A DNA stretch of 60,596 bases, the filler included, from Catajapyx aquilonaris (lineage: Eukaryota), in assembly GCA_000934665.2 (NCBI GenBank). It is 2 parts of 2 records of this genome, joined end to end, with 100 filler letters (N's around TTAATTAATTAA, not from the genome) between each part and the next. Parts side by side here need not be neighbours in the genome. Positions count along the whole stretch, not along the records: positions 30,348 to 60,596 come from JYFJ02004674.1; 1 more part is not named here. One strand, 5' to 3'. Numbering within the stretch: position 1 is the stretch's first letter; every line of letters starts with the position of its first letter. The notes beneath the pieces were generated by a model. The model did not search any database and was not told where the DNA came from. It was given only the letters and a program-made list of their open reading frames with translations. Both the position numbers and the translations under genes were made by a program. Below, in pieces: positions 33,966 through 57,443 of this stretch.

Positions 33966-36259
33966 CATTTACGTGATCTGGAATTCTGGTGCTACGCAGG
34001 GCAAGTTACAGTAACATTGTTGTTATCAGTTTTGGTAAACATTTCAGGCATGTCTCTCATATTTGTTTGAGTGCCATGATCATATCTTGTGGCAAAGGCC
34101 TCTCTTATCAAAATCATATTGAGTTCTCTGATCCTTTCTGTCAGATTGGTAAGGTAGAGCAAACAGCTGTTGTGATTTTGTCCTGTGCTTTGCATTGTTG
34201 CTGTACCTCATAATGTGTTCTAGATATGATGGAAAACAAACCTTGGCACATGGAACAGCTGCAGTTTGCATGCTGGTTCTACATTCCACTTGTTATATCT
34301 GTTTTCCTGTTAGCTGGGGTCAGCGGCCATCCTTTACACTTTTGTGTCAGGCAATGGAAAAGACAACTTTGTTTTGAACCTTTGTGACAATAAATCAAAC
34401 TTGGATGACTGCAATGTCTTACCACTTACCCTTATTCAGGCTGAATTATGCCAAGGTTAGGTTGTAATTATCTCCATCATATTGAAAAAGACACACAGGG
34501 CACATTGTGAAGTGCACATGTGACATCCTTTATTTACCGGTGATATGCTTTATCCTTATAACTACTGTTGGTATTTTTCAGTTTTAAAGCAGTTATTTGA
34601 AGGTACTAACATGTGTTTCTCTCTACATGTTAACTACTAAGTTGATTTTTTCAGGCTTGTGTTTTTTCAGTTTTTTTCTAATCCAGTGCAGTATCTGGTC
34701 ATGGTCATATACTTATAAGCAGATAGTATATTTGAACTTATGCGTGTTTGGTCTTGCCTAAAACAACATGTAAGAAGGAGCTTATTATTGATGCTAGGTG
34801 ACCTTGAGCCATCAGTACAAGTTAGTTGGAACAAGGAAGTATTCCATCCTGAGCATATCTAATGAAGAGCACCAAGTGATTTCCAAAACTATGTCATTAA
34901 TGATAGTCTACTATTAATGGTGCAAGTGGAACAACTTTGGTGATGCTGAGATTTATGTCCTTGCCATGTCAATGCAATTTGAAATACAGTGTGTCTTTAT
35001 TGTCAAAGAGATTAACCCAAGTTCCATTGTCCCATTCAATAATTTGGGTGTTTACCATGCCTGTGACTAGTTGGTTGTGGGAAGATGTTCCAGCCTTTTT
35101 TTAAATTTAATTGTTGACAGTAGGCTACTTTTCATGTGATTATTATAAGTTAGGTGAGAGAACCCGTACTTCCACATTATGTCAATCAGGGAAGCACATG
35201 TATCGGGGCCTGCTATTACCATACTAATAAGAAGGCAGCTATATTATGGACTGTTCAACAAAGCTGCGTGCCTGTATAACCTCTCAGAATCAGGGTGTCC
35301 TGGTTCTGGGAAGCTGTTAGGGATTGGAAAGGGAAGGAAATCTTATGCTTCGTCTGATGGGAAAAATGTTCGAGAAATGGCATGATGAATCTTCTGTATG
35401 ATACTATTACTTCCCTGATCTGTTGCCCTGCAGTACGTAATACCAATATTGGATTTTTATTCGATGTAATTCTCCTATCATGGAAGTGTTGGCATTTAAT
35501 ACTGTATCATTCCCAACAGTTTCCATGTAGCTGCTTGGGATTATATGCTACGGCATCCCATAAATTAATTCTTACATATCCTAGTCTTACCTTCTATTTC
35601 TCTCGGGACATTTGAACTCTTCCCCTCTCATGGGACTACTTCCGGACTGACACACTCAATTTTGGCTTAATGACAAATCAATGAACTGATTTATCAATTT
35701 CAAGGTTTGTGCAGTACGTGAACGATTCTGGACTTCGGCTAATATTTGGAATGTAACGTGCATGCAAATTTTATGAAATCTTCCTCATTTTAAGCTTTAT
35801 ACAATTCCCAACATTACTGTGGTCCCATCTGGTCCAGGGTTGCAGTGGAAGTGTGGCACCACAAGAACATTGCAACCTCCTTCGTCATTAGTTATAACGC
35901 GAAGTTACCATGGAAATCCCAATGTTTGCTGTAATCTTGGACTAGATTGCCCATAAACACCTGCTGTTGGAAAGTTACGGTCATAACTATGTAATAAGTA
36001 CCATACGTGTAATTATTATTCATTGTAACCTTCAACGTATGATGTCTTTTTCTTGCTGCATTCCTATTTCTCTGGTATTATCTAATAAATGGACTGCCTC
36101 AAACATGCAGCGAACAGTTGCAATTACATAATATGTACTTTAAACCAATGTTATTATCACACATGACATTTACTGTGTGTTGTGGGAACAACTTGTATTA
36201 TGACATGGGTATGGTTTGTAAAATAAAGGGGAACATGTATACAAAACAAGCCTTTATTT

Positions 36260-38212
36260 TCAAGAGTCAATGCAAAATTCAACAAGGTGGGAATTCAAAT
36301 GAGTTCCAAATGAGAAACAGTTTCCGCCACCACCAACCAAGAGGAGTTTGTTGGGTGCTAGAAAGGCAGATGCTAACCCATGTGGAATGAAAGGAGAGTC
36401 AAAAGTAGGAGGCGGGCAGTTACATGCACCACTAATGCCTCCAAGGTCAATCTTAGATACTCCTATGGATTTACCATCATCTGTTACACCACCAACAATG
36501 ATCAAGTGTCCATCCATCAGATGGCAGCTGTGTCCAAAGCATGGCTGCACATCCATCAAGCGTTGCCATTTCATTTCCTTTGTGTCAAGGAACCACACAT
36601 CACCCAAGATACGTCCAGATGCATCAATCCCACCGCACACCACCATGCAATTCCTGTCTGAGCAAGCAGCATGAGAGTGACGTCCAGAAGGGCCTGAAAC
36701 TGTTAGGCAGGTCCATCTGCTGGTGGATGGGTCCAAGAGCCATAAGCATGGATCCATATCAGGCAATCCCCCAAATGTGGCTATTCGTTCTCCCTCGTTG
36801 GTCCAAATAGTTGCAGATGAGTGACGCCAACGTGAAGGTGGCTCTTGTTCGGCATTAAGACAACTCAGCTCATTGTTATGGAACATGAGTGGATTTAAGA
36901 GGGGGAAATTGGGTGACGTGCGACCTCCTATTAAAACTGTGCGCCCGTCTTGGAGCTGTGAGGTGGTGGAATACATTCTAGCCTTAGTGGACAACACATC
37001 TCTACTTGACAAATTGGCTAGATCCAGTAAAACTACTTCAGGTCGGCGGGCATGACCTGACCTCACCATTGGTCCAAACCCACCAAAGATTGCTACTTGG
37101 GATCCATTAGTTGCAATGGAATGTCCAAATCGGTGGCATTGTTCTGGAAGTTTTCCAACTTGCCTCCAGCATCCAAAATTTTGCCTTGATGGTCCTGGAC
37201 GTTTTGGAAGTATATCAACGCTGTCAAAACTAGAGGCAATGGTAATGACATAGTGAGAACTGACTAGAGCAAACTCTTCAAACTCATCAAATGGTTCCAG
37301 TTGTGCCAATCGCCTGAGTTCAGAATTAGTCACGATGTGATTGAAGACTACGTTGGCTGGTATTACAGTACAGTGTTGCCATCCACACTGGCGCACTTCA
37401 TCCTCCCGAGCCTCAGCTCTATCCACAACAGACTTTAAAGCACTTCCTATTGTGTTGTAATGAGCTATCATTACTTTTCCAAATGCATCCTGAGTATTGA
37501 TTGGCTCATAGGAAATTAACTCTCTTTGCACAAATATGGCTGTCCACTTTAAGAACTGCTGATGTGGCGCTACATCTAAGTAAGACAGTACGCATTCACA
37601 CAAAAAGAGGGTGGGAATCGATGTATCTAACATAAGCTTGTCCAGTGTAGCTAAGTCTCTCAAGTCAGCTGCCACTAGCTGGTACTTGGTATTAACCAGC
37701 TTGGAAAGAGTGTCCGACCTTACAATCAGTTCTTGCTTGCGTTTTATCACAGTCTCAAAGTCCAGCTCAACATATTTGCAATCTCGTAAGTGTCCCTCAC
37801 TCCGCAGCCTGAAGTACGTGGTGTCAAACCCAGCCCCAGAAGAAACTATCTGACAGTCCTGGTCCTGGTGCTGCATCAGGAAGCATCGGACGGCCCAGTC
37901 CATGATGATCGCTCTCAGGTGATACCCACGGTGAATAAGTGCAGCCCGCTTTCTGGGCCGACTCACAAAGTGGCTCAAAAACGGGTCATGGAAGTACCCA
38001 GCAAGTGCCGCCGACAGTTTGGATATTGTGCTGGAGTCATTCGTCCCTTGAACCTGGCAGGTTAACAACACATATTAATTACCACTCACATGGGGCATTT
38101 TCATTGAAATAAAAATACTGTACAGTACTGTACCACAGTACTGAACAGTACAGTAGGACTACATGTATCTCCTCACCCTTAAGTCCGAGGGTCTGCCCGC
38201 TGGGCCGGTCAT
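36260..38212 (-). CDS. LCMT2: tRNA wybutosine-synthesizing protein 4 / leucine carboxyl methyltransferase 2. Exons 38212-38177, 38053-36260
   Basis: VQGTNDSS..SKLSA...GYF.DPF, LIHRGY, QIVSSGAGFDTTYFRL, ECVLSYL, EPFDEFEEF, followed by kelch repeats and C-terminal GGGGNCFSFGTH. The first exon MTGPAGRPSDLR|GTGAGG is in phase. Confidence 0.92.
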
Positions 38213-38560
38213 CCTGAGGCCGAGTCGACCTCTCCCGAGTCCCGACGTGTCCAAAAAGCACCCAAAAAGAGAGCCAGCAACTTGCGTTTCCCGGGCCTGG
38301 TGCAGTCAAGCAGGGAATATCAAAGATGGTGGCTTTTCCTCCTCCGCTGGCGTCGTTTTGAGTCGATAGTCGTTGTTGGGTGGACCGAAAATTGCTCTGC
38401 GGGTGGGAGGCAGGCAGCTGGGTTCTCTGCAGGTTTCCAGTTCCCGTCGAGTGAGCGACCCTGCCCCCGGGCCGGCCCCAGCTGGAAGAGGAGCAACCAA
38501 AGACTTTGGGGGACCTCAGAGCCGTCCTTCTGGAGGCGACGGGGAGAAGGTAGACAATCA
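38213..38560. promoter_or_regulatory. Probable bidirectional promoter / 5' UTR region shared by LCMT2 (-) and KAT2A (+)
   Basis: GC/CpG-rich stretch directly upstream of the LCMT2 ATG, a YY1-like AAGATGGTGGC near 38323, a plus-strand donor AAG|GTAGAC at 38549 and an acceptor TTGCAG at 39268 just before the KAT2A ATG. Confidence 0.5.
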
Positions 38561-39299
38561 TGATCGATCACACTTGGTGTTCCTTTGGTCACTCATTGAG
38601 CTGCTTTGGTGACTGCAAGGTTCTTGGAGTTGCGGCTCGCCGATTATATTATTATTATTATTGTGTGGAGCATAAGCTTGACGTTGCTGGGGATAAGCCT
38701 GCAGGATATCAGGCAGATTCTCGTGGAATTAATGGTGCTGTTTACTTACAAGGTCAAACACGAGAATGGTTTAGTTAGACTTTAGATTATTACTGTAAAC
38801 ACGGCACCATGTGGTATCCAAGTAAAAGATTTATCGCGCACGAGGAGATCCTAGGTTAGAATCCCAATGATAATATCACACATAGCAGGTTTTGGATTTG
38901 TAATGCTACAGACCTTACTACTGATTCTGGATCTCAGGTGGAAAGAAAGAGCTTGCTTGCAGAATTGTAGTCTTGCATATGATAATTTATGAGGTCAAAC
39001 AGATTCTTTCCCAGATTCTTATCTCAATTATTGTGCATGGGTCACAGGAGGGGGTGGCACTTAGATAAGGCTGTAGGCAGGAGATGATTTATGAGGCTTT
39101 TGTGGTATGCATTTGCTCACTTATCCTCATAACCCCCCCTGTCAATCACACTGTTATCACATGCTTCACTTTACTTTGGGAATTGGGTTAAATCCAAGAT
39201 GGAGCTAAAATGAGATGGTGCATTAAGTTGTGGGGCTTGAGGCTCACACGTAATTCATTTCTTTGCAGAAGCGCTTGAACCATAGTGGTGACCTTAATC

Positions 39300-49801
<10,502 letters not shown>

Positions 49802-50543
49802 CTGACAGTTGACGCAAGTGTTGCACCATCCCTCACCATCCCTTTCGTGACTTGAAAACTGACAGCCAAGTGCCTTTTGGAGTGCACCAGTTTGGTGGGC
49901 AATGGTGACTCTAGACTGATTTCAGGAGCATTAGTTTGAGAATGTGTTCAAAATGTTCATTCCAAGAGTGGAGTGTATTGATGCAGAGATTTATCAGTGG
50001 ATGCGCTTTCTCTTTTTGAGTTGTGATGCCAGTGTACGTTTTCCATAACAAATTGTGTAATTACAGTGTAAAGAAACACCTTGAACTCATTCTTGAAGCA
50101 TAGCATGTAGTTAACCTGCTCTAAAATAGATCGAGTCTAAAAGGTACTGACACTTAACTATTCTTCACATTAGCCAATTTTGTTTGCATAGATACCTGAA
50201 ACTGATGATTCCAGTGGATTCTAGTGTTAAATTTATTGCAAATTTTATCAAATGGAGGCAAGTGTGTGGCATTGATAGCAGTAGCACACGATAATACTGC
50301 AAATGCAGTGTTTTAAAATTCTACAATTTTTGCAGGGATGTGTTACAGGTATTGATGATGCAGTTTTAATAAGGAGCATATGATTTACTAAAACTGATAT
50401 TTTATTGCACATGTCATAATCACGCATGTCAGTACCTTTAGAGCTTGTCACAGACCAAACCCATATTTCTTTTTAAAAAGGGACAGAACCGGACGACTTT
50501 ATTCACGACTTCTGGACGAAACAAAGGGTTGGGACAGATCTAT

Positions 50544-53500
50544 TCAGGACAGAGTCAATCTCCACACGGAAACAGCCCGTGTGAACGTATTTGCCTGCCG
50601 AGCATCACGACCGCCAACAACAAAGAGGCATGGTGCCGGCACTGGCAATGACGACGCAGCCACTCGCTCGGCACGGCTGGCACTGCTGGCCCGCTTGGTT
50701 GCAGGTTGACGTTTTGGTGGTGGTGCTGGCCAATCAGGCCAGTAGCAGTCCCAATCACCAACATCAATTGGAGATGTGTCGATACCATTTTCATCGCCTT
50801 CATCACCATCCCAGCTGGCAACACTGGCCAACGCACGCAGCTCTAGTTCGTCACCAGGTGTTGGAGCAAGAAGGGAATCTGGTGGACTATTCAGAATGGC
50901 TGCTGCTGTTGAGGGTGCTGTTGACGTTGGTGTTGCCAGATAGTAATTTGGGTTTGCAAAACCCCATGGCGTTGTCGCAGCGGAAGAATCGCAAACCGTC
51001 TCACCACTGGCATAGTCCGAGGTCAGTTCAAACCGGACCGAGGCTGATTTTGGCACACGACGACCATTCATGGACGATGGAGTGGTGGCAGTGGCAGCAT
51101 GATTGGCAGAGTCTGGTGGCAGGACGGCAATGAGGGAGGGCCGAGGGCGGGCCAGGCGGACGTCCGCTGCTGTGACTGCATAGGCGCTGTCGGATGTGGG
51201 TGGGTGATGTGATGTGATAGATGGGGAGGTTGCAGCTTCCCCAAAGTTTGGCACAGATGCAGCATCACGGGAGAGGCGGGGGGAAGGTGGGGCTAATTGG
51301 AGCGATGGGGGAACACGGGGAGGGTGGGAAGAGCGGACACCCGGATCCAAACAACCCTGTGATAGAGGAGATATTTGTGCACATGAGTTTGGATTTTGAC
51401 CCATTTCAGCAGTAGTACATTTCATAGTAAGCTTGAACATAGGTGGTGAGTATGAGATGGGGAAACGTGAGAAACAGGCTCGACTTGTTCTCCTGGATGG
51501 CATTACTCAGATTGAAAGCTTTTGTCTGTTACACCTTCCACATGAGCCTAGCAGGGCACTCAATTGAACTGAAAAGCATCCGTATCTCGAATTGATTTCC
51601 AATATCTACACATTTGATAGGAAGAGCTTGATGCATATTGTTTAACCAAATTATTATTGACCAGTTTCAGAGTGATAGTGTGTTGGTACGAGTTCAAGGA
51701 TGCATCTCTTTCTTTTGTAAAGAAGTCCCTCCCTGTGAGGGAGCATTTAGACAAGGTAATGTAATCATTGAGCAAGTCATTATGACAAGATGTCACATAA
51801 AGGGTAACAGCAATGGCTAGCATATTATAATTGCCAACTTGCCTTCCTGAAAATGTATAGTACTTTCTAACTTATTCTTCACACGTGCTTCCTTTCAAAA
51901 TAGGCCATTGGAGAATAAATTGCAATGTCATACACTACTTGTAAAAGAGCATTTACATCTGCACCTGGTTGTGGTAACTTGGATACTTTTTAGAACTTAC
52001 CTAAGTGCAGTGTGTTTTGGGTAGGTATGAAGGGGTAACCATAACTGAGATTTGAGGACCAACCAAATGCAATAACAAAACAACCCTATTATTTTCAGGG
52101 GGTTGTAATATGTAACTCTCACATTGCGGAGTCCACCACCCTTCCTCTTGGCAGTGGCGTCGCCTCCTCCATTAACGACTATGCTGTTGCTGACAATGAC
52201 GGTGGTGGTGGCTGGCATGGGTGCTCCCCCACCTGGTGGTGCAGCACCCTTAGCTACAGCAAATGCACTCCTGGATTTCACCATCTTTGGAGAAGCCTCT
52301 GACGGGGCCGGAGACACACTCTCAGCGCTGTCTTCGCTCAAGGCTCGATACGAGGCAGCTCTTGCAGACTTTGGCCAGGGAAGGTGACGCTGGGACAACC
52401 GGCTCAGCAGCGCTGATGATGCCTGAGGTGGGCCATGCCCCAACCAACCATCAGACCAGTTTTTGGCCACAAACAGTAAAGCAACATCAAGTGTAAGGGC
52501 TTTTCTCTGTTTACAAAATAGGCACCATACAGCAAATGAGAAGGTGCTACTTGGGAGACCTAATTGGCAATGTAAGGGAGGTTTACACAGTACAGGCATT
52601 TCTGGTTGGAAGCAAACACACGTGCGGTTGGTCCTCTCCTCTCTTTAGCTCACACTTTTTGGTCCAGATTTCATACAGGGATAGAAAATATAAAACTTTT
52701 GAAGCCTGAACAGAAGGCGATGCTTAATAGATTTGAGCATTACACTACATTGCGTAGTTCATAAACTACTTACACTCACTTTGAGATCATAATTTGATTG
52801 ACAAGTGTTTATATTATTGCACTGAGTCAACTCTTAGGTAATTGGAGAGACATTTTAACTTTGGAACGCACATGTTATGGCAGCACTGGCTATCCAAACC
52901 TCACCTCCATAGATATTAAATACCTTTAATATCTATGCTCACCTCATTTTCAACATTCTCCTGATTTTATTGTGCATTTCTTTCTAATATTATAATAGAT
53001 TGTATCAGATTTAAAGTGCAGGCGTTGTTGCAAATTTTTAAAACGAGTGCTGCGAGAAGCCTTGTGTGCACATAACAATAATAGAAAAGAAGCAGCAGCA
53101 GCAACGATATCCCTAATAATGTAATAAATATATAAATCATCCGAAGAAAATATATGAATCATAATACCATAAGGTCAAGTGTAAAATTAATAAGCATCGC
53201 CTTATGTTGGTACATAAGCGACATCCATTCCATTTCAACTGCAAAAGTAAGAGGTCTAAAACACCTGAGGGTTTATGAACTGAAGGACAACACCAACATG
53301 CTTTGTGCCAACAATGGCCTCACCTGTGTTGGTCGACTTGGAGTGGATGCCGTTGGCGTTGGTGCATAACAGTTATCGCTACCATCGACGTAGTCAGATG
53401 GTGAATAACGGAAGACATACTTGCGGGAAGGGGTGACAGGCGTGGTGGGCCCTGGCATGAAGTGACGGTTGTTCAGGTGGCCCAGTGAGTCAGCAGAGGG

Positions 53501-56500
53501 AACTGCGCCCCCCATGGCCCACTGTGCTGCCACAAATGACGCTGCCTGGGAACGGGCTGGTGGCCGGGCACCTGGTAGCTGGAGCTTCTCCCAAGTTTCC
53601 GTGCCTGAAAATAGTCCAGAGTTAATGCCTTCTGTGTGGGATAATGTGAAATACGCTTAGCTCCAGGACTTGCACGGCCCAAGCAACCTACCAAAGTGGA
53701 ACCGCCACAATTCATCGAGTGCTTGTCCATCTCTCTCCCCTCCATACACAAGCATGGACCCATTGAGGACAGCTGCAACATGGCTGTGTAGACACCCAGG
53801 GCTGGGCTTTGCCTTGAGACTTGTCCATCTTCTGAGTGCCAAGTCCCACCGCCACAGGTCCCCCCGCTGGTGCAGATCTGTCATCCCTCCAAACACCCAC
53901 ATGGCTCCACCGTGCTCTACTGCCGAGTGCTTGTGGCGAGGAGTAGGTGCCAAGTCCCCTCCACTGCTGAACATGGCCCCCATCAGTCCTCCACTGCTGC
54001 TGCCTCGGTTCAGAAGCTGCCATGTCTCTGACTCTGCAAGAGGAATTGCACATTATGAGTATATGGATGTACAGTACTTTCCTGGTCGTTATCTTTTTGC
54101 ACAATGTTTAGCATAAGAATACTTGACTAATCATGTAAAACATGTCAGGACAGGAGTTCTTGTGCTTCATATGAAATGTTTCCATTACATGAACAGAGAC
54201 AAATTCAAAATCCTCTGTCTGGGCATGATTCCACTGCTGTCAGGTCCACTAATAGACAGTTTCATGTGGATAATAACTAAGGCACAAATTGAAACGGAGG
54301 TGCTATATTACTGCACCCCCGAACAATCCAGACTAACTGGCACCGCAGATTTCCACTCCTGGTCAAGGACCCGCTTCCGGTCCAGCCTACAGTGGAAACC
54401 GACTTCTTCATTGAAAGCCCAATTCATTGCCTCCCAACTTTACGGCCATACTGTATCACCCCGATCAATTCACCCTGCCCACACCCCATTCAGCAGGCCA
54501 ACCGCCCAAGAAAACCAAACGGGCACCACCGAGCTTCCAGAGCCCAATTGAACATTCTCATAATCTCCCTCTCCCACATTGAACAGTCAGCTCCAGGCTC
54601 AATCAGCAATTAGTCCCTGAAATTGAAAAGCTGCTCTGCAGTATATAGGTGTCGAGGGTAGAGGGTGTAATTAACAATCTGGGGTGGTATGCCGGGGTGA
54701 TGGGTCATGATTTGATTGAGCCCCCATCCAGGTGGACCGGCCAGGCATCAATTTCCTGTCCTGGTTGTGGAAAAGGAGACGGATAGCACTGAAGCTGGCA
54801 CCGGTCGTTGCCTCTTGCAGACCCCATTCCCGGTCTCCTAGCAACCATCGGTGGTGGTGGGTGGGTGGGGGGGGGNGGGGGGGGGGGGGGGGTGTAAGGG
54901 CGTTGCTAAGGCAACCACGCCCTTTTTAGAGTGAGGGGTGGGAGGGAGGGAGGGAGGGAAGATGATCATCATCCAGATTCCCCCATCTATCCCTAGGGTT
55001 AGTCTAATGTGCCAATTCTCAGGCCTTCCCCCCCTCTGTAACAGGAATCCGGGGGCCTTCATTCCGCCACTGGAACCCGGAAGGTTTGACAGTGGCCAAA
55101 ATTTTCGGTAGGGCGGAACGAGGCCATTCGGAACCGGTTGTATTGATCATCATAAAACCGGGCCGGGATTCCCTGCGTGCTCAGAGTGAGGTCCATGGAA
55201 ATTTTCGGTGGTGGTTGACCCAATCCGGGTCGGCATCCCCCAGGTTTAAATGGGGAGTATTGTTTCGCCGAGTGTATCGGTTAAACCCACACCACGTGCT
55301 CTCTCACTCTATTTTGTCAACAGCCGATGGGAACCGATCTAATTAAGTCCTTCAAAGGGGCCGCAATGGAGAACTCTTGTTGCATAGTTAGTCTCTCATT
55401 ACTTGGCGGACTTGCTCCAGGGCAATTTCTTTTCTTGGATGTTTGCTGATCAGATTCGCGGGATGTATTCTGGGAAAGCCAGCAGTTTATCGGATTTTTG
55501 TAATGCGACGAAGCAAACTTTTTTTTTTTATTAATCCTGTTATAATTCCGATATCCGTTCTGGTGGAACATTGGCAGTACACTTGAGATTCAGGTCTGCT
55601 AACCTGACTTTAACCGACAAAATGTATACCAACTGCAGGAAGAGAATTTAAATACAGTTGCAGTAGCATGAAATGAGACAATCCTGTCAACACATACATA
55701 CCGAACCAGAAGGCCCATAGTTCCGGCGTTGATCCTCTGAGATCCTGGTATCCTCCGTAGATCCACATGGCTCCATTAGCCACCAGGGCCGAGTGTCCTC
55801 TACGCCCATTTGGCACCATGGCGCCTTTGGGAGGCCTCCATTTGCGCCATTCGTTCGTCTTGACCACGGAAGGAAAAGCCAGATTAGTAGGAGAGACGCA
55901 TTATTTCACGGGGCTAAAAGCATGGGCGGGGATCCTCGTCTCCGGAAATGAATTCGGCATGGTGAAGAGGCCATTGTCTGGCTGTTAGCATTGCGGGTGC
56001 TGGATATTGGGGAGCCATCGACACGTGCGAATGAAAACGCCAATGGGAAATCGATGTGTAGCCGATAATTAACGGGGGTTGAAGGGGGAAAGCCCGAACA
56101 TGGGATAATGCTAATGAGATTTTTAGTGTCTTGGCCTCATTGCATCCAGAGGGGTGAATTGAGACCATGATGGGGGAAACCACTTTCTGAAGAAATGTGT
56201 GAGACAGACACATTTTGGTTGAAGCAATTCCAGGAGACGGCAGCCAATTCAAATAATTCGACAGTACAGACTGTACAGACACGGTGAAATTTCCTGGGAA
56301 CAAAGTCTGAATAATTCATGGTTAAACCTACATAATGCATACGGATTTCAGGTCTAAAATACGTTGAACTTTTTCCGTGTGCCGACCACCAGCAGTAGCG
56401 AGGATAGAAGAACCCTTCGTAACTTGTTTGGTCAAGTGCCAAGGAAGCGAGAGGAGACGGGTCGATTGACTCTTGAACTTGGCACTGTCCAGGGATGTAA

Positions 56501-57443
56501 ACATATGGGGTGGCAAGATTGGCTCTCCAGAGAAAGCCCTCCAGAAGGGTAAATTGCAATCCGGTGGAGGAGAAAATATTTTCAGATTGGATTTTCAGTG
56601 GAGGTATTCCCATCGAGCCGGTTTTTGCGGGATCGGGCACGTGCAACTCCATTGGATTACATGGCAAACCCACTTTGAAAAGCCGTTCCAAGTTTGGCCA
56701 AAAACTTTGATTCGATTAAAAGGGTTGGTGTCGATAATACCGTCAAAGCCCTTGTTTGGAGACGGGAGTACGCCAGCTTTTACTTCAGGGTGTTAAATGC
56801 CATGCCCGGATTGTAAATGCTGGCGGTGGGCGGCTCTGGGGAGACATTCCGCATAATTAAGGCATTTCGCGTACCCCCTCTGTAATAACCCCAGCCCTCG
56901 TTGCGTATAGTCCCTTTTGCCGCAGCGTTTTTTGGGTTAAAATTCCGTGCTCCGCATACAGCTTTTTGGCCGGTCCTCGTCGATTAAACGGTGCAGAGAA
57001 ATTTTATGAGAGGAATTCTGCGCCAATATGACTGGTATTGCACAAAATGCAAGTACTCACCGGTATGTTGTATATCCACAGGGGTGTTTCAGTCCCGGCC
57101 GAGAAGCCCACCTCTCCTCCGAAGACATAAAGCTGGTTTTTCCAGGCCACGGTGGTGTGCTCCTGAAGACAAGGAGGCGCCTCGCCCACTCCTTTGACTG
57201 CCTCCCACTTATTGCATGCTAAGAGAAGACAGCCCAGGATGTTAATCGACCGCCTGTCAAAGAGAGCGTCACCACGAAGAGTGTGCGACACCGACCTACT
57301 GAGTATCTCCAGAGGTCCTTGAGAGGAAGGTTCCCATTTCGTCCTCCCAGAAGGTAAATGTCCCCACCGTGTAATGTAGCCGAGTGTTTGCATCGGGGAG
57401 GAGGAGCCGACCCTCGAGGTGGGGTCGTTATGGACGTCCACAT
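50544..57443 (-). CDS. Kelch-repeat beta-propeller protein (LZTR1/KLHDC-type repeats, no BTB seen). Exons 57443-57296, 57218-57061, 55858-55702, 54033-53692, 53604-53324, 52422-52123, 51356-50544
   Basis: Five full kelch repeats (PPRCKHSA..IYLLGG; LQEHTT..LYVFGG; RRGHSA..MWIYGG; PRHKHSA..MWVFGG; LHSHVA..MLVYGG) plus a split sixth. Exon phases are consistent. One acceptor is AAG, and the start Met is inferred. Confidence 0.82.
52908..52937. mobile_element. 30-bp palindromic transposon remnant with 8-bp TSD (P-element-like footprint)
   Basis: CTCACCTC|CATAGATATTAAA-tacc-TTTAATATCTATG|CTCACCTC. Confidence 0.7.

Noticed and set aside
38054..38104. Alternative LCMT2 first exon MKMPH with a 36-nt intron
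   Set aside because: The intron would be far shorter than any other in the window. The 38212-38177 exon with a 123-nt intron is more plausible.
50591..51133. 180-aa plus-strand ORF and other antisense ORFs over the genes
   Set aside because: Shadow ORFs on the opposite strand of GC-rich coding exons.
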